A DNA stretch of 32,000 nucleotides from Nitrososphaerota archaeon. GTDB taxonomy: Archaea; Thermoproteota; Nitrososphaeria; Nitrososphaerales; UBA57. A model generated the notes under the pieces. The model did not search any database. It was given only the letters and a program-made list of their open reading frames with translations, and was not told the DNA's origin. How positions within the stretch are numbered: the stretch's first letter is position 1; each line of letters begins with the position of its first letter. The stretch is taken from positions 14,998 to 46,997 of the forward strand of contig JABUBF010000001.1 in NCBI GenBank assembly GCA_013306035.1, in the 5' to 3' direction. Positions 9,306 to 17,661 of this stretch are shown piece after piece. The position numbers were made by a program, and so were the translations under genes.

Positions 9306-10755
9306 ATTGGATACTCCTCTAGTAGTTCTTGTCGTATTAACTTCGGTTGCAGTTACCTCACCACTATATGAAATGATATTTGGTAAAAAATCTCTAAAAT
9401 ACGTACAATATCTTACCATTCTTTCGTTGTTAGTTTCTTTGATTCTACTAATTAGTTCCACTCTATCTCTAACACCTCAAGAATCTACTGTTCCTCATCT
9501 GCTTCGTAATGACACTCTGGGTTCATTCTTCAGTTTTATAGTTATATTGGTAACATTGTTCGTTTCTATAACCTCCTTTGATTATATGAAAGGTAATCCC
9601 AATGAGCGTGTCTACTATTCACTGTTATTATTTACAGCAATTGGAATGACTATGCTCTGCTTTGCAGTTGATCTTCTTGTTATATTTGTTGCATTTGAAC
9701 TGATGAGTCTTCCAACATTCATCTTGGCAGGATATAATAAACAAGATAAACTCTCAAATGAGGCTGCTGTTAAATTCTTTATTCTTGGCGCATTATCGTC
9801 TGGCATTCTTCTCTATGGAATATCAATCATGTTCGGAATAACAGGTTCAACAAACCTTGAAGTAATCTCACAATCGCTTACTTCGCTCTCTCCTGATATG
9901 CTTCCGTTTGTCATATTTTCTACTGTCTCAATGCTTGCAGGTCTTGGACTTAAATTATCAATTGTTCCATTCCATATGTGGATTCCAGATACCTATGAAG
10001 GTTCACCTACAACTGTTAGTACATTATTATCTGCCGCTACAAAGAAAGCTGGTTTTGCCTCGGCAATAAGAATATTTGCAGTTATATTCCCATTATTCTA
10101 TTTCGATCTATCACTTGCACTGGCTATCATTGCTTTGGTAACAATGACTCTTGGTAACCTTGCCGCACTTACTCAAAAATCAATTACAAGAATGCTGGCA
10201 TATTCAAGCATTGCACAAGCAGGATATCTTCTTATAGGTATAGTAGTGTTACCGTATACCAATCTAGGACTGATTGGTTTATTATATCATTCTTTCAACC
10301 ATGCAATTTTACAAGCTACAGCTTTCTTAGCTGCTGGATTAGTTAGATTGAAAACTTCAAGTAGTTCTTTGGATAGTTATAACGGTCTTTCTAAAGTTAT
10401 GCCTATAACTTCCTTCTGTTTAGCATTATCATTATTGGGACTTGCAGGAATTCCGCCACTGAATGGATTCTGGAGTAAATTGATATTATTTTCTGCTGCA
10501 GTTGACGGCGGATATGCTTGGTTAGCTCTTGCAGGATTAGTTAACACTGCAATATCAGTTGCATATTATTTACTAGTTATAAAACGAATGTATATGGACG
10601 AAACATCAATAAAAGCCATAAAAGAACCTCTCATATTCATCTCAGTTCTTGTATTTGCTACTGCTATAATAATAGTAACAGGTTTACTTCCAAATGTACT
10701 CTATGATATTGCCGAAGATATTACGATCTCTTTTTTGGCTAATAATCCCGTCTAA
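9295..10755 (+). CDS. nuoN: NADH:quinone oxidoreductase subunit N
   Basis: 486 aa with HMWIPDTYEGSPTTVSTLLSAATKKAG (NuoN/ND2 motif W.PD.YEG.PT). Last gene of the operon. 11-nt overlap with nuoM. Confidence 0.88.
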   Translation: MQPKLDTPLVVLVVLTSVAVTSPLYEMIFGKKSLKYVQYLTILSLLVSLILLISSTLSLTPQESTVPHLLRNDTLGSFFSFIVILVTLFVSITSFDYMKGNPNERVYYSLLLFTAIGMTMLCFAVDLLVIFVAFELMSLPTFILAGYNKQDKLSNEAAVKFFILGALSSGILLYGISIMFGITGSTNLEVISQSLTSLSPDMLPFVIFSTVSMLAGLGLKLSIVPFHMWIPDTYEGSPTTVSTLLSAATKKAGFASAIRIFAVIFPLFYFDLSLALAIIALVTMTLGNLAALTQKSITRMLAYSSIAQAGYLLIGIVVLPYTNLGLIGLLYHSFNHAILQATAFLAAGLVRLKTSSSSLDSYNGLSKVMPITSFCLALSLLGLAGIPPLNGFWSKLILFSAAVDGGYAWLALAGLVNTAISVAYYLLVIKRMYMDETSIKAIKEPLIFISVLVFATAIIIVTGLLPNVLYDIAEDITISFLANNPV

Positions 10756-11617
10756 TTGTAAAATCTGCTAAATCACGGAGAAATTCTTTTTGTTCAGACT
10801 CTTTAATCACGTCTAATGAATTCTTTGCATTTTCTGAATATACATTTGCCATTTCCTTTAATTTTGTCAGAGTCACATGTTGATTCTCTTCATTATTGTT
10901 GCTAAATTTCATCTCATTTGAGAACTTTCTGTCCATTTCCCAATCTAAAATATCATCATGAATCTGATATGCAATTCCAAGATTTACACCAAAACCCGCT
11001 AAAGCATCTATTTCTTCTTCATTTCCGCCTCCAATAATTGCGCCTAATTTTGATGATGTCTGGAATAACGCTGCAGTTTTCTCGCTAATCACTGCTAAAT
11101 ATTCTACCCATGGAACTTTTCTTACATTCATGTTTAATTCTCTTTGTTCACCTTCGCACATCTTAATTGATGCTGACGATAATTCTTTCGCCACTCGTGA
11201 ATCATTGTATCTTGATGCAATTTCTAGAATAATACCAAATACAAAATCAGCAGTTAAAATTGACGTATTATTTCCATATCGTTTATGGAATGAATCTCTG
11301 TCACGTCTCTTTATTTGTTCATCAATTATATCATCATGTATTATTGATTCTGTATGTAAAAGTTCCACTGCCACCGAAGCCAAATCTGTTTTAGTGGAAG
11401 GTACACCTACAGCTTCAGCTGATAACATTAAAATCAGCGGTCTAATTCTTTTTCCTCCATATGTTGCATACAATAAAGGTTCATGAAAACTTGACCATAA
11501 ATGATCATCAAATACTTTGATCATAGCTTTGTCAAATTTTATTATATAGCTCTTAGATCTAATTTCGAATTTTTTAATTAATTTTTCTCTATTCAATAAC
11601 ACATCTCCCCTTTTCAT
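10739..11617 (-). CDS. trans-Polyprenyl diphosphate synthase (probably geranylgeranyl diphosphate synthase)
   Basis: 292 aa with the first (IHDDIIDEQIKRRD) and second (IHDDILDW) Asp-rich motifs of the E-isoprenyl diphosphate synthase family. Chain length cannot be read from the sequence alone. Confidence 0.85.
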   Translation of the reverse strand: MKRGDVLLNREKLIKKFEIRSKSYIIKFDKAMIKVFDDHLWSSFHEPLLYATYGGKRIRPLILMLSAEAVGVPSTKTDLASVAVELLHTESIIHDDIIDEQIKRRDRDSFHKRYGNNTSILTADFVFGIILEIASRYNDSRVAKELSSASIKMCEGEQRELNMNVRKVPWVEYLAVISEKTAALFQTSSKLGAIIGGGNEEEIDALAGFGVNLGIAYQIHDDILDWEMDRKFSNEMKFSNNNEENQHVTLTKLKEMANVYSENAKNSLDVIKESEQKEFLRDLADFTIRRDY

Positions 11618-11685
11618 TATTTATAATTCTTGAATTACAATTTTAAAAGTTGACACTATTTATTAATACTATGTTGATTTTATAC

Positions 11686-11840
11686 CCCGCCTCTGACTGA
11701 AATAGATCATCGTTTAGGCATTAGAGCCAGTACTTACCACTCCTCTTAAATCGGGGCTATTTGTGGTCTGTCACATCGCTGGGTGGCCAAAAAATCATCA
11801 AAGTGTAAATCACACAACTTCATAATCGGCCGTCACAATG
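11686..11840. ncRNA. Candidate structured small RNA (unclassified); G+C-enriched island with two long imperfect hairpins in an otherwise AT-rich 308-nt spacer
   Basis: CCCCG (11686-90) pairs with CGGGG (11752-56), enclosing further pairings (GCCUCU/AGAGCC, CUGAA/UUUAG). UUGUG (11761-65) pairs with CACAA (11834-38), enclosing GGCC/GGCC and GUGU/ACAC. On the minus strand each hairpin carries a GAUGA element and is followed by AUA. Strand and class are unresolved. Confidence 0.35.
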
Positions 11841-11925
11841 TATTTATAACCACAATTATCCAATGTTCTGCTAATTTATCTATTTTTAAAGAATTAAATA
11901 ATAATTGTGTCTTTTTTTATTTATT

Positions 11926-12537
11926 ATGTTGAGTGGAAATAATAGAATCGCCGCTATTGTTGGCGTGGTTATTTTAGTTGGAATTGGATTCTTCTTATTT
12001 AATCCATTTAATAGTAACTCAGATAGTACGAGTGCTAGTTCTGCTCCAATAGCAGTTATAGAAACTACTTATGGCATTATAGTTATTCAGCTATTTCCTG
12101 ATGTTGCTCCTGGACATGTTGATAATTTTGTACGATTAGCTAATGAAGGATATTATGACGGAACTACTTTTCATCGAGTTATCCCTGGATTTATGATACA
12201 AGGAGGCGATCCCAATTCTAAAGATGACGATCGAAGTAATGATGGTCAGGGAGGACATTCTGCAAATGGACCAAATACCTTTGTTAATGCTGAATTTAGC
12301 CAAGACTTGACACATAAACGAGGTATATTATCGATGGCCCGAGCACAGGACCCTAATTCCGCAGGTTCACAATTCTTTATTGTTGTTGCAGATTCTAATT
12401 TCTTAGATCGACAGTATTCTATATTTGGTGAAGTAATCGAAGGTATGGACGTTGCCGATAAAATTGTAAATGTTAAAAAAGATTCTGCGGATAATCCTCT
12501 GGAAAAAATTACCATGAAGGTTACTATTCGTTCTTAG
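11926..12537 (+). CDS. Cyclophilin-type peptidyl-prolyl cis-trans isomerase with N-terminal membrane anchor and Ser-rich linker (probably extracytoplasmic)
   Basis: Contains FHRVIPGFMIQGGDP, SMARAQDPNSAGSQFFI and YSIFGEV cyclophilin motifs. N-terminus MLSGNNRIAAIVGVVILVGIGFFLF followed by NSNSDSTSASS. I prefer ATG 11926 to the track's upstream TTG 11905. Confidence 0.88.
   Translation: MLSGNNRIAAIVGVVILVGIGFFLFNPFNSNSDSTSASSAPIAVIETTYGIIVIQLFPDVAPGHVDNFVRLANEGYYDGTTFHRVIPGFMIQGGDPNSKDDDRSNDGQGGHSANGPNTFVNAEFSQDLTHKRGILSMARAQDPNSAGSQFFIVVADSNFLDRQYSIFGEVIEGMDVADKIVNVKKDSADNPLEKITMKVTIRS
11982..12003 (+). repeat. 22-nt segment (aattggattcttcttatttaat) inside the anchor-coding part of cyclophilin 1; identical copy at 12560-12581
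   Basis: Direct comparison of the two stretches shows 22/22 identity. Confidence 0.9.
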
Positions 12538-12559
12538 AAATTATCTTTTTCAAAATCGT

Positions 12560-12581
12560 AATTGGATTCTTCTTATTTAAT
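12560..12581 (+). repeat. Second copy of the 22-nt segment, lying in the spacer upstream of cyclophilin 2 (relic of a duplicated anchor region)
   Basis: Identical to 11982-12003. It is in frame with the downstream ATG 12606 (reads ..VIGFFLFNSTSDSSDI-M), but no ATG/GTG/TTG lies upstream in that frame. Confidence 0.85.
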
Positions 12582-12605
12582 AGTACCTCTGACTCATCAG
12601 ATATT

Positions 12606-13100
12606 ATGAATAATAGTTCTGGACCAATTGCAGTTATTAAAACTAAATTTGGTGATATAAAAATTCAATTGTTTCCTGACGTAGCTCCAGGACATGTTGA
12701 AAATTTCGTTAAATTAGCTCAGGATGGATTTTATGATGGAACTACTTTCCATCGTGTAATACCTGATTTTATGATTCAAGGAGGAGACTCTAATTCTAAA
12801 AATGAAGATCGAAATACTCATGGTATTGGCGACCCTGGATATTCTATAAAGGCTGAATTTAGCAAAGACTTGACACACAAACGTGGCATATTATCAATGG
12901 CTAGAGGAACAGATCCTAATTCCGCAGGTTCTCAATTCTTTATTGTAGTAGCTGATTCAAAATTTTTGGACAAACAATATTCTATCTTTGGCGAAGTAAT
13001 TGAAGGAATGGAAGTCGCAGATAAAATTGTAGATGTTAAAAGAGATGCTAAGGAAAATCCTCTAGAAAAAATTACCATGAAGGTTACTATTCGTTCTTAA
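12606..13100 (+). CDS. Cyclophilin-type peptidyl-prolyl cis-trans isomerase, anchor-less (cytoplasmic) paralog
   Basis: 164 aa, collinear with residues 46-210 of the upstream gene, with the same motifs (FHRVIPDFMIQGGD, SMARGTDPNSAGSQFFI). Confidence 0.9.
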   Translation: MNNSSGPIAVIKTKFGDIKIQLFPDVAPGHVENFVKLAQDGFYDGTTFHRVIPDFMIQGGDSNSKNEDRNTHGIGDPGYSIKAEFSKDLTHKRGILSMARGTDPNSAGSQFFIVVADSKFLDKQYSIFGEVIEGMEVADKIVDVKRDAKENPLEKITMKVTIRS

Positions 13101-14746
13101 ATTCTCTTTTTCATCAACTGATCCAAATCTATATCAAATAATGAAATCGGAGTTCTTAACGCAAAGTTTTCTAAGACCTGTGGTTTAATCTCACCTATCG
13201 CTCCAATCTTGATTCCTCCTTCATCAATTATTTCTGCCGCTCTGCCTTTCACGAATATTTCATTCTCGCTAGCTTTCGTTGACAAATCTATGTCGAGTAA
13301 CTGTTTGCCAAATGCATTTAGATATGAACTTGCTTCTGTAAAATTCACTGTTGCATGTGCTAACCCTACCGTAAGCTGGTAATGTTCCTGTATTTCATTA
13401 TCGATTTTGTTAAACACTCTCGAAATCTCAAAGATTCTTTGAGGATATTTCTTATGTATATTTTTTGAAAATGTCTTGAGAATAGATGGCACATTGGAAT
13501 TCTTCAGTACTTTATGTTCAATGCTTTTTGTATCAACAACTTTTAACAAATTATCTGTACTCATTTCAGATTTTTTTAGCATATCTTCACTGATTAGCCC
13601 AATTGTCATTATCTCAATTAATCCTAATCCTGTAAGAACATCTCTTGCTTTATCCAAGAATTGTTGATTTTTATCAAATCCACCAGTCATATCCGAACCT
13701 GGCAGTGTTGGTTTTAGGTTGTGTATACCGTAGCCTAATACAATTTCTTCAATTACATCTACTGGATGAATCAAATCAAATCTGAAAGGCTCTGTTTTTA
13801 CTATTACCTTATTATTTTCTATATTTGCTGAAATCCTACATCGACGTAAATATGTAATAATTTCCTTTTCTGATAATTCCAATCCCAGAAGCGATCTTAC
13901 ATATTCTAACTCAACTTCCATTACCTCTTCTTTGATTTGCGGTGTCTTAATCTTGGAGTTATCCGAATTAATCTCTACTGTATGAACCTTTCCACCTGCA
14001 TCATTTAGAGTTGTAAAAATTACCGATAATGCATTACACACTGAATCTAAATCAGTTCCCGTTACATCTATAAACAAATTAGTTGTTTTCGAATCTAATC
14101 GAGTTAAATCTCCATTAATTATTGGAGGAAAAGACAAAACTTGTTTGTTTGCATCCCTAATGATAGGATATAGATTCTTCCCTGCAAGTATACTTGCATA
14201 TTGATTTCCTATTTCTGAATCCAATATTTCTTTTATAGTCATATCTGAATCCTTGTTTAAAGGAATAAATGAAAATGAATCATCTACTGTGATGTATTCC
14301 AACGGTGATTCTATAACATCCAAATTATGAATTCCTATTGCAACTTTCTTCCTTTTTCTTCCAATACCATTGTGCAGATCCTCCTGCATTGTAATGATCT
14401 GCCTTATTGTTTCATCCTCTAATTTGATATCTTTTATTACTGCTGCAACAATATACGGTCTAACATCTCTAGTTGATTTATCAATATTAATCACTAAATC
14501 ACTTTCATATACATCATATTTTGAATATTGAGTCTCAAAATCTAAAAAACTATTCAAAGATCTTGCTATTCCATAATCAGTAGAATAATCTGGACGATTC
14601 GGATTATATTCTATCTTTATGTATTCCTCAGTTTGTTCTTCAATATCCAAACCTAGGTACGGAATCTTATCAATTAATTCATCCTTCGATATCTCACCTT
14701 TCAACATCGAAAATATTCTATCATAATAAACTGTGACTACGGGCAT
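13097..14746 (-). CDS. pheT: Phenylalanine--tRNA ligase beta subunit (archaeal type)
   Basis: About 549 aa, beginning MPVVTVYYDR, with B3/4 and B5-like regions, immediately downstream of pheS. I prefer ATG 14746 (10-nt overlap with pheS) to the track start 14767. Confidence 0.85.
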   Translation of the reverse strand: MPVVTVYYDRIFSMLKGEISKDELIDKIPYLGLDIEEQTEEYIKIEYNPNRPDYSTDYGIARSLNSFLDFETQYSKYDVYESDLVINIDKSTRDVRPYIVAAVIKDIKLEDETIRQIITMQEDLHNGIGRKRKKVAIGIHNLDVIESPLEYITVDDSFSFIPLNKDSDMTIKEILDSEIGNQYASILAGKNLYPIIRDANKQVLSFPPIINGDLTRLDSKTTNLFIDVTGTDLDSVCNALSVIFTTLNDAGGKVHTVEINSDNSKIKTPQIKEEVMEVELEYVRSLLGLELSEKEIITYLRRCRISANIENNKVIVKTEPFRFDLIHPVDVIEEIVLGYGIHNLKPTLPGSDMTGGFDKNQQFLDKARDVLTGLGLIEIMTIGLISEDMLKKSEMSTDNLLKVVDTKSIEHKVLKNSNVPSILKTFSKNIHKKYPQRIFEISRVFNKIDNEIQEHYQLTVGLAHATVNFTEASSYLNAFGKQLLDIDLSTKASENEIFVKGRAAEIIDEGGIKIGAIGEIKPQVLENFALRTPISLFDIDLDQLMKKRI

Positions 14747-16254
14747 AATGGAACTCCCCTTAACCAATCAAGATCATTTTCATATAACTTTCTAACATCA
14801 TCTATTCCATATCTTAACATAACAAGCCGTTCTAATCCACTTCCCCATGCAAGAACTGGATTGTCTACACCAAGCGGCTTAGTAACTTCAGGTCTAAATA
14901 TTCCCATACCTCCCAATTCTATCCACTTGCCTAGACCTTCATGATATACCATTGACTGTAGCGACGGTTCAGTATAAGGGAAAAATGAAGGCCAAAACTT
15001 TATCTTATCAAATCCTAATTTCTTATAGAATTTTGTCAATAATCCCATTAAATCTCTAAGTGTTACATCTTTGCCTACTACAATTCCTTCAATCTGATGA
15101 AATTCAACCAAGTTCTTGAAAGTAACTTTCTCATTACGGAATACTCTTCCAACTGAAAATACTCTCGCCTCATCTGGTTTGTTGTCAGCTAAGTTTCTTA
15201 CTGATACACAAGTTGTATGTGTTCTCATGACCATTCTTCGTGCTTGTTCGATGTTCCATTGATACCCCCAACCTTTTGAGCCCGTATCTGCACCATTTTT
15301 ATGTACACCTTCTACATTTTTCAATATTTGTTTGTCTACATTAAGTGACGATTTCTCATTTGCAATGTAAAAAGTATCTTGAATCTCTCTTGCAGGATGA
15401 TCTTGAGGCGTAAACAAAGCATCAAAATTCCAAAACGAAGATTGAACAATCGATCCTTCTACTTCTTGAAAACCTAACGATACAAAAATCTCTCTTACTT
15501 CATCTATGAATATCCTTACCGGATGTTTCTTTCCAGAATATATTGTTGGAGCTGGCGATTCTACATTTAATGGTCTTAAAGTATTGTTTCTCCATTCTCC
15601 TGATTCTAACATCTTCGGCGTTAGCACATCAATGTAATTATCATCTTTAATATTTCTTGCAATCTCTAAACCATCTTTTGTAATCTTTATACGTGTTTTC
15701 TTTACTATTTCATATGAAATATAATCAGGTCTTTTTACTAGCGAACGTAGTATTTCCTGTTCTTCCGAGACGAAATTCGAAAGTTCTGTAGGCCCGGAAA
15801 TTTTATTTAATACCTCTTCCACTCTTGATACTGCACTATTACCTTCCTTTCGTATCATAACTCTGTTATCTTTCTTGAAAATCTTGATCCATTTCTCTGA
15901 CCTTGCATATCCTAATGCTGCTGATAATTCATCTTGATTCAAATCTATCTTTTTTGGTAATTCCGATAATTCAATATCTTCTCCAGTTTTTAACTTATCT
16001 ACAAGTCTTTTTTCAGGTAATCCTTTCTGCTTTGCACTTTCTCCTTCCCTACCAAGAGTGATTAATTTAATTTCATTCATTTTTACCTCAATCAGATTCT
16101 TCTCTTTCAACCATTCTACTGATCTTCTTATTTGGTCTAAAGTAAGCCCCGAATCACTAACTAAATCCTCAAGCTCAGCCTCGTTCCTACCAGACATCAC
16201 TTGCAATAATTTTCTTTCTAATAAATGCAAGTTATTTGTGTTCATATCCGCCAA
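14737..16254 (-). CDS. pheS: Phenylalanine--tRNA ligase alpha subunit (archaeal/eukaryotic type)
   Basis: 505 aa. The C-terminal class II core has FRNE (VGRVFRNEKV), the motif 3-like GSGLERLVMLRYG, and HPAREIQDTFY. The N-terminal winged-helix-like repeats are typical of archaeal PheS. Confidence 0.9.
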   Translation of the reverse strand: MADMNTNNLHLLERKLLQVMSGRNEAELEDLVSDSGLTLDQIRRSVEWLKEKNLIEVKMNEIKLITLGREGESAKQKGLPEKRLVDKLKTGEDIELSELPKKIDLNQDELSAALGYARSEKWIKIFKKDNRVMIRKEGNSAVSRVEEVLNKISGPTELSNFVSEEQEILRSLVKRPDYISYEIVKKTRIKITKDGLEIARNIKDDNYIDVLTPKMLESGEWRNNTLRPLNVESPAPTIYSGKKHPVRIFIDEVREIFVSLGFQEVEGSIVQSSFWNFDALFTPQDHPAREIQDTFYIANEKSSLNVDKQILKNVEGVHKNGADTGSKGWGYQWNIEQARRMVMRTHTTCVSVRNLADNKPDEARVFSVGRVFRNEKVTFKNLVEFHQIEGIVVGKDVTLRDLMGLLTKFYKKLGFDKIKFWPSFFPYTEPSLQSMVYHEGLGKWIELGGMGIFRPEVTKPLGVDNPVLAWGSGLERLVMLRYGIDDVRKLYENDLDWLRGVPLCP

Positions 16255-16264
16255 TCTTAATCAC

Positions 16265-17383
16265 TTAATCTCTCAAAATAAATTTATCGAAAGTTTTCTT
16301 TGCAGACTCTCTTTTTCTTTGATGTTCTTTTAAAAATATTTTGATCTTTTCTGCAGCTATTTGTTTTAATTCTCCTGATAATAGATTACCTGCTCTATAA
16401 TCTCTCTCAATCTCTTCTATTTTCTTGTCATCCTCCTCTAAAATCATGTAAAGGTATTGGAATGCGCTATCTATATCTGGATTACCTCCATGTTTTCTAT
16501 GTTCTTCTATCGTATCCCTACCTCCTGTAAACGCACTTTTTATTTTCTTCTCAGCTACTTCTGGTTCATCAGTTGTGAATATTGCAGTGTTTGGTTTTGA
16601 TGAACTCATTTTTTCTCCCCTCTGCAATGCTGGTAAAAATTTCGAATGTATCTGAGCTGGCTTATAATATCCAAGTTTTGGAGCAATCTCTCTAGCAATT
16701 CCTCTCCAATAATCATCTTGATCTATTGCTGCTGGAATCAAACATGGAATATTCTTTCCTTTTAATTCTGAAGGCAAAAAACAAGTCGCAGCTTGTAACG
16801 ACGGAAAAAAAATCATTCCAATATTTGAACTGTTCTGGAAACCAAAGATACCTTTTACTGTGGAAAATGTTACGTGTTTTGCTATATCTGTTGAAATTTT
16901 ATACATAGTTTTTATGTATTCAGTATTCTTGAAAATGAATGTTTTATCTGGATCAAAACCCAATGCTATTATGTCTAATATATTTTCATAAGAGAAATCC
17001 GATACTTGTTTCCTTGTTAATGATCTATCATGCATGTATTTCTCGTCATCAGTAATCTGAAAATATAATTCTACATCAAATTTTTCTTGTAAATATTGGG
17101 TAAAAATCCAAGGTAGTAAATGCCCTAAATGTGTATCTCCTGAAGGTCCTCTTCCCGTGTATAAAAAGAATTTTTCGTCTTTTTCATATTTATCAAGAAT
17201 CCAGTTGAAATCTCTATGACTAAAAAATACCTTTCTTTTTAACATAAAATGCGGTTTTCCAGTATGCTTTTCCACCCTATTTATTAAAGATTGGTCAATG
17301 TACGATGTTCCAAAATCCCTTACCAATCTATCGTAATCTATATCTCCTTTTACTTCCCATGGAGTTACTGAATAATCTGCCAA
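16265..17383 (-). CDS. trpS: Tryptophan--tRNA ligase (archaeal/eukaryotic type)
   Basis: 372 aa class I enzyme with HIGH-type motif (GDTHLGHLLP), KMSSS, GRGPSG...QITDDEKY and AAIDQDDYWR. These resemble eukaryotic/archaeal TrpRS rather than TyrRS. Confidence 0.88.
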   Translation of the reverse strand: MADYSVTPWEVKGDIDYDRLVRDFGTSYIDQSLINRVEKHTGKPHFMLKRKVFFSHRDFNWILDKYEKDEKFFLYTGRGPSGDTHLGHLLPWIFTQYLQEKFDVELYFQITDDEKYMHDRSLTRKQVSDFSYENILDIIALGFDPDKTFIFKNTEYIKTMYKISTDIAKHVTFSTVKGIFGFQNSSNIGMIFFPSLQAATCFLPSELKGKNIPCLIPAAIDQDDYWRGIAREIAPKLGYYKPAQIHSKFLPALQRGEKMSSSKPNTAIFTTDEPEVAEKKIKSAFTGGRDTIEEHRKHGGNPDIDSAFQYLYMILEEDDKKIEEIERDYRAGNLLSGELKQIAAEKIKIFLKEHQRKRESAKKTFDKFILRD

Positions 17384-17480
17384 TTTTATACCTGCATTTA
17401 ATAAGTTATCTTTCGTTAATATGATTTTATCGTGTGAATAATGAAAAAGTTAATGTATGTGTAATTTTTATAATGTATTG

Positions 17481-17598
17481 CTGCCGGCCATAGCGACGGG
17501 GTTCCACCTGGTCCCATTCCGAACCCAGAAGTTAAGACCGTCGACGCCAGTGTGTTAGTGAGGTCCTAACGGTCTCGTGAAGCAATGGTGCCGGCACT
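17481..17598 (+). rRNA. rrf: 5S ribosomal RNA, not linked to 16S/23S in this window
   Basis: UGCCGGC (17482-88) pairs with GCCGGCA (17590-96) as helix I. The internal CCACCUGGUCCCAUUCCGAACCCAGAAGUUAAG is the universal 5S loop B/helix III-loop C signature. Local G+C is far above background. A T-rich tract (tttatttta) follows. Ends are +/-2 nt. Confidence 0.93.
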
Positions 17599-17661
17599 TT
17601 ATTTTATCTAATAATGCTTATTTTCTAGTGATAACATAACTGTCTTGATTGAGTTGATTTT

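Noticed and set aside
7249-9806. Minus-strand ORFs 7249-7443, 9050-9247 and 9615-9806 inside nuoL, nuoM and nuoN
   Set aside because: They are antisense shadows of well-supported membrane-subunit genes.
11130-11486. 118-aa plus-strand ORF inside the polyprenyl synthase gene
   Set aside because: It lies antisense to a gene with both Asp-rich motifs intact, and has no recognisable features of its own.
11686-11840. Assignment of the G+C-rich spacer element to SRP RNA, RNase P RNA, a tRNA or tRNA half, or a canonical C/D sRNA, and a 25-codon minus-strand ORF (MKLCDLHFDDFLATQRCDRPQIAPI)
   Set aside because: It has no conserved SRP helix-8 motif, RNase P CR-I/CR-V motif or T-loop. UGAUGA-like boxes occur on the minus strand, but CUGA occurs only on the plus strand, so no C/D pairing is possible. 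The mini-ORF has no supporting signal. The element is left unclassified.
11905-11925. Track start TTG 11905 for cyclophilin 1, and similarly TTG 19913 for PPAT and ATG 14767 for pheT
   Set aside because: The extensions add residues unlike family N-termini (MCLFLFI, 21 aa of NIKSIHILK..., MVKGSSI). Internal ATGs at 11926, 19976 and 14746 give conventional N-termini and sensible spacing. The choice remains unverified.
12246-16908. Shadow ORFs 12246-12515 (-), 13476-13667 (+), 16058-16333 (+) and 16726-16908 (+)
   Set aside because: Each lies antisense within cyclophilin 1, pheT, pheS/trpS or trpS, and nothing supports it independently.
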